The notes under the pieces were generated by a model. The model made no database searches and was not told the origin of the DNA. It saw only the letters and a list, made by a program, of their open reading frames with translations. 64,000 nt of DNA from the human T2T-CHM13v2.0 reference genome, Homo sapiens. The stretch is taken from assembly GCF_009914755.1 (NCBI RefSeq), contig NC_060938.1, one strand, 5' to 3'. Shown here one piece after another: positions 1 to 15,215 of this stretch (the first letter of the stretch is position 1; each line of letters starts with the position of its first letter). The position numbers were made by a program, and so were the translations under genes.

Positions 1-1637
1 ATCCAAACTATATCATTCTGTCCCTAGTCCCTCTCAAATTACATATTCTTCTCACATTGCAAAATACAATCATGCCTTCCTGACAGTCCCCGAAAGTCTT
101 AACTCATTCCAGTGTTAATTCAAACGTCCAAAATCTCATCTGAGACAAGGCAAGTCTCTTCTACCTATGTGCCTATAAAATAAAAACAAGTTATTTACTT
201 CCAAGATACAATGAAGGTATGAACATTGCATAAACATTGCCATTCCAAAAGGGAGGAATTGGCCAAAAGAAAGGGGCTACAGGCCCCATGCACATTCAAA
301 TTCCAACAGAACAATCATTAAAATTTAAAGCTCCAAAATAATCTCCTTTGACTCCATGTCCCACATCTAAGACACATTGGTGCAAGGGGTAGGCTCCTAA
401 GGCCTTGGGCAGCTCTGCCCTGTGGCTTTGCAGGGTTCAGCCTCCAGGGCTGCTCTTATGGGTTGGAGTTTAATGCTTGTGGCTTTTCTGGATGCAGGGT
501 GCAGCTGCTGGTGGATCTACCATTCTGAGGACTGGAGGATGATGGCCCCCTTCTCACAGCTCCAGTAGGCAGTGTCCCATTGGGGACTCTGTGGGGGCTC
601 CAGCCCCACATTTTCCCTTGGCATTGCCCTAGTATAGGTTCTCTGTGAAGGCTCCACCCATGCAGTAGCCTTCTGCCTGAGCACCCAGGCTTTCTCAAAC
701 ATCTTCTGAAACCTAGGTTGCTAAGCATTCTTCATTTTTGCATTCTGTGCACCTACAAGCTTAACACCATGTGGAAGCCATCAAGGCTTATGGCTTCTAT
801 TCTCCAAAGTGGCAGCCTTGGCTGTATCTGAGCTCCTTTGAGCTGAGGCTGGAGCCAGAATGGCTTGGATGTGGGTAGAAGTGTCCTGAAGCGGCATAGG
901 ACAGCAGAGCCCTGGGTCTGGCCCATGAAACCATTCTTCCCTCCTTGACCTCTGTGTCTGTAATGGGAAGTGCTGCCTGGGAGATCTCAGAAATGCCTCC
1001 GAGGCCTATTTTCCATTGTCTTAGCTAGCAGCACTTGGCTTCTTTTTAGTTATACAAATTTCTCTAGCAACTGGTTGCTCCACAGCCTGCTTGAATTCCT
1101 CTCCCCAAAAACCATTTTCTTTCTCTGCCACATGGCCAGCCTGCAAGTTTTCCAAATTTTTATGCTTTGCTTCTCTTTCAGATAAAAGTTCCAACTTTAA
1201 ATCATTTCTTTGCTCCTTCATCTGACTGTAGGCTGTTAGAAGCAGTCACGACACACTTGAACAATTTGCTACTTAGAAATTTCTTCTGCCAGACATCCTA
1301 GGTCATCACTCTCAAGTTCAAACTTCCACAGATCCCTAGGACTTGAACACAATCCAGTCAAGCTCTTTGCTAAGACATAACATGCATAACCTTTACTCCA
1401 GTACACAATAAGTTCCTCATTTCCATCTGAGACTTTGTCAGACTTGCCTTCACTGTCCATATCACTATTGGTATTTTGGTCATAACCATTTAATCAGTCT
1501 CTAAGAAATTCCAAACTTTCCCTCTTCCTCCTTTCTACTGATCCCTCCAAACTCTGTCAACCTCTGCCCATTACCCAGTTGCTTTCACATGTTCAAGTAT
1601 CTTTATAGCAGCACCCTTCTCTTCAGTACCAGTTTTC
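1..1637 (-). mobile_element. MaLR internal region (MST-int), preceded by the last ~15 nt of one LTR at the window edge
   Basis: Starts with the LTR terminus 'atccaaactatatca', followed by typical MST/THE1 internal sequence (caatcatgccttcc..., aatctcatctgagacaaggcaagtc). Minus-strand ORF fragments 456-728 and 517-702 (AWVEPSQRTYTRAMPRENVGLEPP) resemble the degenerate MaLR ORF. Confidence 0.9.
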
Positions 1638-2149
1638 TGTGTTAGGCTATTCTTGCACTGCTATAAATACCTGAGACTGCATAGTTTATAAGAAAAAAGG
1701 TTCTCATTGTTCAATTCCCCAACATGGAACATGTATACATATGTAACTAACCTGCACGTTGTGCACATGTACCCTAAAACTTAAATTAAAAAAATAAAAT
1801 AAAAATAAAAAAAGAAAAAAGGTTAATTGGCTCACAGTTCTACAGGTTGTACAGGAAGCATAGTGACATTTGCCTAGTGAGGCCTCAGGAAGCTTCCAAT
1901 CATGGTGTAAGGGAAAGGGGGAGGAGGAACATCATATGGCAATAATGGGAGCAAGAGCAAGAGAGTGGGAGGAGATGCCACACACTTAAACAACCAAATC
2001 TTGTGAGTACTCTCTATTGCAAGAATGGCACCAAACCATGAGGGATCTGCCCCTATGATCCAAACACCTCTCACCAGGCCCCACCTTCAGCATTGGGGGT
2101 TATAATTCAACACGCAATTTAGGCAGGGACAAACATGCAAACCATATCA
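1638..2149 (-). mobile_element. MST-family LTR (MSTB-like), interrupted by a mini-L1
   Basis: TG...CA termini (tgtgttagg...ccatatca); motifs gctataaatacctgagactg, ttaattggctcacagttc, gaggcctcaggaagcttccaatcatgg. Confidence 0.88.
1703..1811 (+). mobile_element. Very short L1PA insertion with 5' inversion
   Basis: L1 3'-end sequence (catgtatacatatgtaactaacctgcacgttgtgcacatgtaccctaaaacttaaa) plus A-rich tail, preceded by ~20 nt of antisense L1 (gttctcattgttcaattccc). 13-bp TSD aagaaaaaaggtt at 1690-1702 and 1812-1824. Confidence 0.92.
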
Positions 2150-2169
2150 CAACGCTTGGAAAGAACACA

Positions 2170-2388
2170 CAGTTGGCCCTTAAACAACAGTGGTTTAAAC
2201 TGCATGGTCCCCTTACACTCGGATTTCTTTTCAGCCAGACTCTGATCAAAAATACAGTATTCACGGATAGAAATTCACACATATGGAAGGTCAACTTTTC
2301 CTATATACTTGGGTCCCACAGGGCCAGCTGTGGCACTTTAGTATGTGTATATGTTGGTTTACAGGGGTTGTACTGTAACCAATCTCCC
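2170..2388 (-). mobile_element. MER8-like Tigger-family MITE
   Basis: cagttggcccttaaacaac...aaaatacagtattc...aaccaatctccc resembles the recalled reverse-complement MER8 consensus. Confidence 0.7.
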
Positions 2389-2599
2389 AGTCAGAGAAGA
2401 GCAAAGATGCCAAGTTGGTCAGGAAATAGAGAAATGGAGTGGGTATAATCTAGGAGGATGTGAAAGGATTAAGGAGGGAAGGGCTATGATAAGGGCTCAC
2501 ACAAGAGGGATCTGAGGAAGGGATCAAATTCAGTATTTAGAGACTTACTAGCATCTGTCTGAAGAGACCCCTCAATTGCCTTTGCAGGAAGTGAGTTCA

Positions 2600-2870
2600 A
2601 TCAAGCCAGTACTTAACACGGTCTGTTGGTCTTGGGCTTTGCACAGCATGGTAATATCAGAGTAGTGAGACTTTTATATGGCAGTTTAGGGTTCCAAGAC
2701 ACCAAGGTAGAAGCTGCAAGTTCTCTTAAAGCTTGCACCTGCAGCTTGCATAGCATCACTTCTGACATATTCTATTGAGCAAGTAGTCACAGCAAACTCA
2801 GATACACGGTAGGGGGAAATAGACTCTACCTCTTGATGAAAGGATTATCAAAAATTTTAACCATCTTTAC
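2600..2870 (-). mobile_element. Old MLT1 (MaLR) LTR fragment
   Basis: cacagcatgg...agcatcacttctgacatattctattg...agtcacag motif typical of old MLT1 LTRs. Confidence 0.55.
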
Positions 2871-3149
2871 TCCATCACACCTTTTTAAAGAGGTGATACA
2901 TGAGTTGAGACATGAATACTAAGAATAAATGAGACTTGAAACATTTTGAAGACATATATTCTGGAGAAATAGAATAGTATATATAAAAGCTAAGTCCCCT
3001 TGGATGGGAGCTTCGCATTTTCAAAAAGCAAGAAGTAGGTGAGTATGGCTGGAGCATAGTGAATGAGAGGGAGAGAGTTAAGAGATGATATAGATGAAAA
3101 AGACAAATTAATTTTCATTGTTAAAAAGCATTACTTATAGTTTTAAAAA

Positions 3150-5285
3150 ACTATAATTTTCCTTAATACTGCAAATTCCTAATTCCTTTAACTCTTTTAA
3201 CTGTTTCTTTATCTTCTTGGAATATCTATTTTTGACTTTTTCTGATTTTCTATTATAAAAAATGAAAATTTAACTGTCATCAACCATATGTGTACATATA
3301 TCTCCCATCTTCCTCAAATAAATCTATAACAAAAATTTATCTAAATTAGTATTTAATGTTTTCACTATTAAAAAACACACTTTTTAGAACTGATTTGTGT
3401 GGTATATTATTTTCTTCTGTAGCTTTTTGTTTTTATTTGAGTTATAACTGCCTTATTGTTTCATTTGCTTGCTTTTTAAAGTAATTATCTAAATTTAGGT
3501 CCAAATTTTTTGACAGAAATATAAAATTCTTCTCATTAAAATAAAATACATTAGATAATTTATCTTTCTTCCTTTTGAAAAAAAAATTTCTTGGAGATAT
3601 CTCTACTAAAGCTCTCTGTGCTTCTACTTCATTCAGCCTTGTTATAGCCTAAACATGCTTTATAGCAGTTAGCATGGAACTTTCCCACACCGTTTATGTC
3701 TAACTTCTCTTTACCACATTCTCTTATTGAATTGAATTATTTGTTTCTCCTTTTCTTGATTCATTGCCACATTTTCATATCCTTTATTTCCTGAAAGAGG
3801 GGGTATGAAAGATTTAAAAAATATAGCTCTTTCACTTAACAATTTACCCCAGATCAGAATTCAAGAATAGATTTATTTTCTCTCAGAATTTGGAAAGACT
3901 TGCTTACTTTTCTTTAAACTCTCAACGTTGTAGAAAATGTCAGTGTCCTTAAAGAAAGTCAATTTGTATATGACTTCCTTTTTTTCTTGGAAATTTTCAC
4001 ATTTAAAAAATTCCCTATTGCTTTGAAATGATATGATATGATTTCTTTTGTAAACATTCTGCTGCAATCTTGGTGAACACTTTCCATCTGGAAATCCAAG
4101 ACTACATTTGGAGTAATTTTCTTTTATTATTCCTTTGATATTTTCTATAAATTCCCTCTGTATTCTCTTTCTAGAATTTCTGTTAATCAAAAATTCAAGT
4201 CTTTTTATTCTGGGATTTTTCTTTTTTTGTTTGTTTGTTTTAAAATAATATCATCCTATCCCTTTTATCTGTATTTTCTTTCTGGAATTTCTATTGTTTA
4301 GAATTGGTTTTCACATGTCTTTACTTTCTCTCTCTCCTATTTTCCATCTCTTTGTTTTTCTGCGTTACTGACTGGGTTGTTTCTACAATTTTATCTTCAC
4401 TTCTTCAGTTAGATTGTTTAATTTTTGCTCTCTGTGATAGGCAGAAGAACCGCCCCCCAACCCCACCACCCCCTCCGTCAACCACAAAGATAACCAAGTG
4501 CTAATCCCCACAACCTGTGAATATGTTGTGTTACATGGCAAGGAATTAAATTCACAGATGAAATTAAGGTGGCTAATTAGCCAACTTTAAGGTAAGTTGG
4601 ATTATCTAGATGGACCCAATGTAATTATAAGAGGCCTTTAAATATGGAAGAGGGAAGAAGGAGGGTTAGAGTCAGAGTCATGCAATGTGATGAAGATTCA
4701 ATATGTCATTGCTGGAAGTGAAGACAGAAGGGAGTCAAAAGCCAAGGAATGCAGTCAGTATCTAGAAGCTGGAAAAGGCAAGAAAACAAATTTGGTCCTG
4801 CTGATACCTTGATTTTAGCCTACTAAGACCCATTTTGGACTTCTGGATATAAATTTGTGTTGTTTTAAGCCACTAAATGTGTGGTAATTTGTTACAGCAG
4901 TAATAGAAAACTAATATGCTATCATATTTTCAATTTCTAAGACCTATGTATTATTTCTTAATATTACCTTTTCATAGAGTCCTATTTATGTAGAAGAATT
5001 TCTTTTGTCTTTGAGGTTATTAAATATGAAGGGTAATGTTTTCTTTGTATTGGATCTTTTTCTCTGAAATCTTTTCTTTTATTCCTTTTTATACTTGTCT
5101 TGTATATTAGAGCCTTCCTTCAGAAGTCTAAGGTCCTGGATTGTGCATTTATATTTAAGAGTAGGGCACTGAAATGATGGTTAGGAACTCTTTTAGCCTG
5201 GACAGTTTTTTTGACCAGTGCTCATTACCATAGGTAAACAGGCAGGAATCTGGCCATTCCTTTAGGAGACTCTTAAATGCCAGTG
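3150..5285 (-). mobile_element. Ancient L1M fragments (interrupted by MLT1D)
   Basis: T-rich, degenerate antisense L1 character (e.g. ttccctctgtattctctttctagaatttctgttaatc); boundaries approximate. Confidence 0.55.
4433..4918 (+). mobile_element. MLT1D-like solo LTR
   Basis: tgtgataggcagaa...cctgtgaatatgtt...ctagaagctggaaaaggcaag...gttttaagccactaa...tttgttacagcagtaatagaaaactaata. Confidence 0.8.
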
Positions 5286-5289
5286 AGTG

Positions 5290-7772
<2,483 letters not shown>

Positions 7773-7989
7773 TATCTCTCCTCTATATAAATGGCCCAAT
7801 TATTCCATTTGCTAATTTTCCCCCCAAATTATATTAAAAGGCAAATGCTGTTTGCCTGCGTGTTAATAAATTATTAGCACTTCATATATAACACATATTG
7901 TACAACACATAGTTTATAAATTTGGAAAAATGTAACAACTGAGCAAATAGTATAGTGAGAAGACTAATATATATTGAGTACAAATGTAA

Positions 7990-8100
7990 ACACATCATTA
8001 CTCTTGCCTTATAAATGAGAAACTCAAGGGTCTTCAAGCTTAAGTAACTTATCCAAGGTCTGCTGTTCTAAAGGCCATATATACACTTTCCATACTGCCA
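7990..8100 (-). mobile_element. MIR fragment
   Basis: ataaatgagaaactcaagg...taagtaacttatccaaggtc MIR core. Confidence 0.55.
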
Positions 8101-9176
8101 CTAACTTCTGTAGACCAGTGCATTTTTTTTCTATAGGTTGCTATGTAGCTATTCAACCAGATATATTAAAGTATTTATTTCATGTCTTTCATGTTTTAGT
8201 CTTCTATTGACAAAATGGGAAGCTCAAACTCCTGCAACCTTTCTTTTTCTCTTGGCTTTCAGAATTGATATGAGAACTAAGGCACCATCTAAAACATAGA
8301 CACATCAAGAGGAGCTCTAGAATTACAAGTTAGCATAATTTACCATGAAGAATTGCTCCCCGGCTGGGGTGCACTGTGGCTGGAGCCCAGTCCAATGCCA
8401 GGAAGCCAGCAGACCCACCTTGTTGATAAAAAAAAAACAACTTCATTCTACATTTTACTGATATGCTTTGGGATTCAGTGGCTTCACTGTTCTCTCAGCC
8501 TTTGTTATTATTAATGCTTAATTTTAAAGGAAGAAGGGAGGATTTTGATGTGGGTGGCTTGCTTCTTCTTTTTGTTGTTGTTAAATGTAGCAACAAACAA
8601 TCAAATCAAAGGAAGAAGAATACAAAGAAAATGGGTCGTGAATAAACAAAAAGGTCAGGACGTTAGTATTTAGTGCAATTTCTGGGGAGCTATTAACTAC
8701 ACCGTGATTGGCAGATTTAACAGTACCTTCTGCTCTCTTTTGCCAGCAACTATGCAATTATTCCAGGTGTTGTAGTGGAATGACTCTATCAAATTTTATA
8801 GGATTAATCAGCATGTAAATGTTGGCAGGCTTCAGACTCAGATCCGGACTTCAGGTGCAGACTTAGAACAGGTGGAGAAAAACACTTCATTTGTTTTTAA
8901 AAGAGATTTATAAATCGGCCATACAACCTCTGCCCCAAGACAGAGCTTATTTTATGACATTTTACTCAGAACAATCTATCTTTAAAGTGCACAAAAACTT
9001 AACTGTGTACTAATAAGGTAAAAATGATCTCAGAATTTATAACATGCATGAATATTACAATTCCGTATTTCCTCTTTGAAATTCCGGGAAATATTTCGTA
9101 TATTGTTGTTTTGGGTCTTGGTTGGGGGAAACATAAACATTTCTTCTGTTGGTTATAACTTCATAGTATGTCATAA

Positions 9177-9663
9177 TGTTGCTGAAACACCAGGGGTTTG
9201 GTCTAGATCCCATTGCCTTTCACACAGAAAGCCAATCACTGAGAGTAATATTACCAGGGAAGAAGAGTTTATTCAAGTGCTGCAGGCGAAGAGACAGGAG
9301 ATAAGTCTCAAATCCATCTCCCTAGTCAACTAAAATTAGAGGTTTATATGACAGGGAAGAAATGTTACTAGGGAGGAGTAAGGAAGGGGAGTAGGCTAAC
9401 ACACAGCAGATGGTCAGTCAGGCAATAATGGCAATGAGGGGGTCTGGTGTCTCCTGTCCAGATGTGGTGACATGGTGAGTTTCAGTTCTTTGATACTATC
9501 TGGGGTTGTGGGGAGGAGGGGGGTGCTAAAGGTAGATTTACTGAGAAAGGAATTCACATAAGACAAAAGTTTCAAGCTTTAAGACAGGGAGGGTCAATTT
9601 CTGTTTATTTAAAAAAAAAACACCTGTAAACATCAGTTCTATGGAGAAATTGGGATGATTTCA
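9177..9663 (-). mobile_element. ERV1-class solo LTR (MER66-like)
   Basis: TG...CA ends (tgttgctgaaacaccagggg...gggatgatttca) with a 4-bp TSD ataa (9173-9176 and 9664-9667), typical of ERV1. Confidence 0.8.
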
Positions 9664-11932
9664 ATAATAGTAAACAGAGACAAACAGGGTCTCTATTAGT
9701 TCCATCTGTCAAATTTTTCTTTAGTGATGTCACAGAGATGTTCAAGAGGGATTTGGGACACTGTGTGAAGCTCATTGTCTGATTAACTATTTGGCATAAA
9801 CTGCTCTACTCATGAACTTCCAATGCTCCTAATTGCCTACAGCAGTGGTTTTCAATTATTTGTTCTTGCCAGAACTAATTTAGGCACTCTATGAGTAACA
9901 ACAGCTCACTCCAGCAGGAACACTCTGCACCTTGGGGATGGGGCATGACAGAGCGGAGTAGGAAAGTGACATTTTGAGAAGCTCTTTTAGATGTTTGGAT
10001 ATCCCCTCTTGCCTCTGGCCCCAGCAGAGAAGCACTATCCCTGAGTATGGATTTCAAACATCTCGGTTTGCTATTTAAGGCTGTTCAATTCTAGTTTAAC
10101 CTAGCTACCCAGCCTCACCTCAAACCCCTTCTCTAACAACATGAATTTCAACCAGACAGCTTCTCCATTATACCTTCATTCCTGCCCTTAGCATTTTTTG
10201 TTGCTGTTTCATTTTCAAACCAAAGACTAGTTCAAGCTCACCTTTTCTAAGACACTTTTCCTAGCATCCCCCAAACAACTGTATTCTGTTTGTACAGTCC
10301 TTGTTTGTATTACTTGTTTGATCATGAACAAGTATAGATCACAGACTCACTTGAAATGTATGTGGCATGCTCTGCAAATGCTGGATTTATAGTACGTACC
10401 TACCAATTTAGTAGCTCTACCATAGTTATTTAAAATGCCTTTTCCATTGTCTTATTTTTGTTCTGTTTCTTCCATGTTTTTTTGTTCAGTGGTAATTGAG
10501 AGACTATTGGGCTTCATCATTTTGAAAGAAGTTATTCTACAAGACACTTTGATTCAACTCTCCACTAAATTTACAGATGAGGTTCAGTGCTGAAATGACT
10601 AGCTTAGTCCCACTGGGGCTATCGTTCTTTTTCAATTGAAGATATTTGTTCTATCTTATTAATGATACCTCAAAACTTCAGCTAATGTATCAAATAACCC
10701 AATGCTCTTATATACCCAATATTAGTCATTATGATAAATAATTCATTCATCAAATCAATTCTAAAAGCATTAATTTTGTTGATGTACTAAATATACTAGT
10801 TAATAGTAACAGTTTCTACCTTGAAGGACAAAACAGTAGGTGAAGTTAGAAGTAAACTTAGATATCCTTGAACTCCTTTCTTCTGTGGGAACAAGGAGGG
10901 CAATATTTTTTTTTTGAGTTTTGTTTGTTTGTTTTTCAAGAAAAAGACAAAAAATGTAATCTGACCTAAATTTTAGGCTATCCTTTTTGTTTTATGGTAC
11001 ATGCCAGTAAAATAAAGAAAGAAAATCTCTCTCTCTTACAGTGCAATGTAATAAGTGTCTTCCTACATAAACTTAAATTTTTAACTGAACTCATCTATGT
11101 GATGAGAACAAGAAGCTCAAATACTAATGCCAGCAGATAAGAGGAGAATGAGCCCAGAAAGTGATAATAAGTGAGATGTTAAAAATTTATCAGAATCTGT
11201 ATCCTCGTTTCTCATTTTTAACTGAAAATCCAGATCTGATTTAGAAAATAAACTGATAGGAACATGCAGTATAAATCAGAGCCTGAGAAATTGGAGGCTG
11301 AAGGACAGAGTAATGAAGAAAATGATGGATAGAGTATGAGCTGGGCCTTAGCAATGCAGTGGGAAGACCGGGATGGAAATGAGAGGATCTCTGGAGCAGG
11401 ACACAGCAAGCCTTGGCCATTGCCTGTACCATGAGGAGAGATGGAGAGAACTAGGCCTGGTGACTGGGAAGGCAGTGCTGTCATGAACCATGATAGGAAA
11501 AGCAAACTGTGTGTTTCACTCACCTAGAGAGTAAAGACATTGATATAAATTGGTTACTGGATCATTTTAAACTATAACTTTAAAAGGTGACCTTAGGTCT
11601 GTTGAAATGTGTTTGGAATTATGGTCATCTCATTCTAGGACAAATAACATACGGACTTGAATTATTATTACTTAAATGCCTCTTGTGGTTCTGGCTCATT
11701 TTGATTGTATCTGCAGACAATGGCTATTCCTTTTACAGAAACAGATCACTGAGCCAAAACTCAGCTTTTTGGCAGTCAATAATCAGGAAGAAAAGAAACC
11801 CCAAAAAGGCCTTTGAACCACTGTAATAGATGCCAAGCACACAAAAAAATTAGAAACTTCTGCATTTTACTCAGCATTCATTTCCTTTATAGGTACCATG
11901 AGAGTTTAATGGAGCAATTATGAATGGGTATT

Positions 11933-12310
11933 TGTATGGGCCAGAATAGATAAGATTATGCTGTTGAAAAAAGAAAATCAGTGGCCTAAGACAGCAAAAA
12001 TATTTCACATTACATGTCCATCACAGGTTGACAGAGTGACTCTGCTTCTCACAGTCCCTCAAGACACAGTTGAGCATTTCATCTAGATATAGGCTTCTTG
12101 TAACATCACAACAGGGAAAAGACACAGTGATTTGAAAACAGGATTTTAAAACATCAGCCCAGAAGTGACACACATCACTTCTGTTCACATTTCTGTGGTC
12201 AAGGCAAATCTCATGATTACACTTAGTTCAAGGGATTAGGTAACTATAATCCTAGCATGTATCTGGAAAAGAGAGGATTGGGAAATAGTCAGATAGACAA
12301 CATCCCACTG
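11933..12310 (-). mobile_element. Old MLT1 LTR (MLT1J/K-like)
   Basis: cagcccagaagtgacacacatcacttctgttcacattt...ggtcaaggcaaatctcatg motif. Confidence 0.6.
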
Positions 12311-15019
12311 GTATGAGATAATGCTTGTAGAAGTACTATTAAACTAGATGCATTACACACATGTAAAGTTTTAATATCATTGTGCTACAAAGTGCCTTGT
12401 CCTTTATGTGGCATTTAGTTGTTTCGCACTTAGAGAATAATCACCCTGTTATGTATTTTCTACTTCATGGAATGACATCATTCTCTCTGGAGTTTAAGCT
12501 GAACCCTCAAGCCTGAGCTGGATGCCCAAGGAGCTATGATAGTGCCCTATGCTTTCTTCCATGTCATAACGCCTATGGTGCTTTGTAATTGGCACCTCAG
12601 GGCAAGAACTGAGTCAAAGCCTTCTTCAATCAATCATTGGCCAATTTCCAGAGGTCAGGCCATACTTTAGAGGCTGCTCAGTTGCCTCCTTGCCCCAGTG
12701 ACTACACCTCAGTCTTTGTGCCCCTTGGGCTGCAAACTTGACTCTAGAGACAAATAACTTCAGGCATTTAGGCTAATCTTTAAATAATCCCTGCCACTGA
12801 CACTGACTATAAATACATATGCTTGCTTACACATTTTATGTCTTAAAATGAGTCTTAGCTTTTATAATATGAAAGTAACGCAGTTCGGTGACTCCAGTTA
12901 ACACAACTAAACTGTTAATATTCCTATTTGTCCTTGTATTTTTGTTGTATGAGCTTTAGATATCTTGGTAAAGTGACAACATAGAATTTCATGCTTCTGG
13001 GCAATGTATTTTTGAAGGGCAATTTTTCAGGTTTGTGTTTTAAATGTACCTACATACCAATTTAAAATTCCCTTTGAATAATTACACTGTCATACATCCT
13101 GTATCGGCTAGATTTTAAAGTACTGGTTCTATACTTATAAGAAGAGACATGATGGTTTTAACGTTAAACAAAACTTTCTTGCCTCATTTAAACAGCACTT
13201 ACATTGCTATAATCAGAGAGTAATCTAGGCATGGCAGCAAAACAAGGATTGGATAATGCTTGAAAAGACCTATCAAAATCCCAGAAGACAACCAGAAAAA
13301 TGTTCAAAGCCTTTCTAATTCTAATAGAAATTAAATTATTCATTTCCTCTTCTTGGGGCTTTTCTATCTTTGGACTGCAAAGCCCTACTTAATTCTTGGA
13401 GAGAAATTGCCAGTTAATTGGTTAACTAACTGTAGCCCACGGTAAAATCTCTCATTAACAAGTATGTAAAAAACAAGGATTGTACATAGCAGAGAGTCAT
13501 AAGTGCAGTGTTTTGTTAATCTTTCACCAGAAATAATATTCCTTAATGTGCAGTTTTTCTGATCTTTCAAGTCTAATGGTCACTATGAAATGTGTCCCTT
13601 TTCCACCCTGGAAGAGGAAGGTGAGAAGTGATCAAGGCTATCAAAACTGATACCTGCTATCAAGAGTAAAGAGTCACGGATGAGTCTGACTCTTCCTTAC
13701 CTTTTCCTCCAGGTTTTTACTCCCCTTATACCTTTCCCAAACCAGCTAAATTTCCCAAAAGTGAATTAAAAGATTGGTTTTATTTATTTAGAAAAATGGA
13801 AAATATGCTTTTCCTTCCTCCCCTTTCCAGACCTGGGAAAATGTTATCAACTTTCCAGCAGGAACCTGGTTTCTAGGTCTATCCAGGTTTCTAGCCATGG
13901 TCTGTTATATTTTCCTTCCTTCAACATATGGGAGTATGATCCGCCTTTAGAGCACACAAATACCATTTGAAAAAGACTTTGCATTAACATAACCATGACC
14001 CCACTGGAAAGTGCTTTTATCAATCATCTTGCATAAAGTTGTCCTCAAATACATCAGAGGAACAGGTTTCAGATTTCTTGTTGAGTTTTCCCCCATGTCA
14101 GTCCAGTTTCATAAATGATTGTTTCCTCAAAGACATAAACAAAATTCTTGTCCTTAAACTTTTCTAACCTGGGAATAGGCAAAAAGAAGGACCCAGGATG
14201 CCGATAGAGGCCATGCTCCTCCAAGCGAGCCACCATCCAACTGAGAACTGGTAACCATTTGATGCAAGGCAACCTGAGCTATTTCGGCTCCCTGATGCTA
14301 GCTAACCACATGATGAGACCAGGCCAATTTCTTCTTCTACTGTTTGTTCCATTTAACCTTCCACCCAGAATGCACTGCTCCTCTTTGCTCTGCATAATCA
14401 GTCTACTCATCCGTCACTGTAAGAACCCCACCTGGAGTCTTTTCTGAATGACTGCTCAAGGGCAAGGATCGTGCCTTCTATTTCTTCTTATCTCCTAACC
14501 ACCCTTACCAAACTACCATGTACATAAGGGATGATCTAGAATTGCCTTTTAAATATGCAAAAGGGCAGGGGCTTGGGAATGGAGAGAAAATGCAAACATT
14601 CCTATTACACAGGCTTTAAAAAATAACATATATGTTTTATAATATAAATTTTGGACTATTTATTTCTAAAATTGAACTTCCATCAACACTTCATCAGTCT
14701 CTTACTCTTTAGCCATGTTGCACATGTATAATAGTTTCTGTAAACATCAGCTTATATTCTCGAGAACAAATTGTAAACATTTTTAAATAAATTAGATTGA
14801 TAGCTCTGCCAGAAAAGCCTAAACCCAATTTGATACTGAATTACATGTTTCTTGTACTCGCTGCTACATCTTCCTTATATCCTGGGCCTTCACGCGTCTT
14901 CCATGGCTTTAGAATATTTTGGCAATATCAGAGCATCTAATATTTCTTACCAACCATAACCCATACATTAGAAGACTATTCTGGAAATCTTTCTTGGAAA
15001 GCTCTTTATGCAGAAAATA

Positions 15020-15215
15020 ACATTCTTCCTGCGGAACTGCAGAATGTTAATAAATGTGGCATATAAAAACAGCACCGTGATCATTTAAGCGTGGGAAACT
15101 TGAGTTAAATAAAGTTAAACAAATTACTTCATTGCAGAACTTTTTAGAACTTTTAGTATATTAAAGTGCAGTGTAAATAATGAATAGGAAGATAGAAAAG
15201 GCAGCATTTCCCAGC
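15020..15215. mobile_element. Ancient hAT-Charlie DNA transposon fragment
   Basis: gggaaacttgagttaaataaagttaaac...tgcagaactt motif recalled from Charlie-type fossils. Confidence 0.35.
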
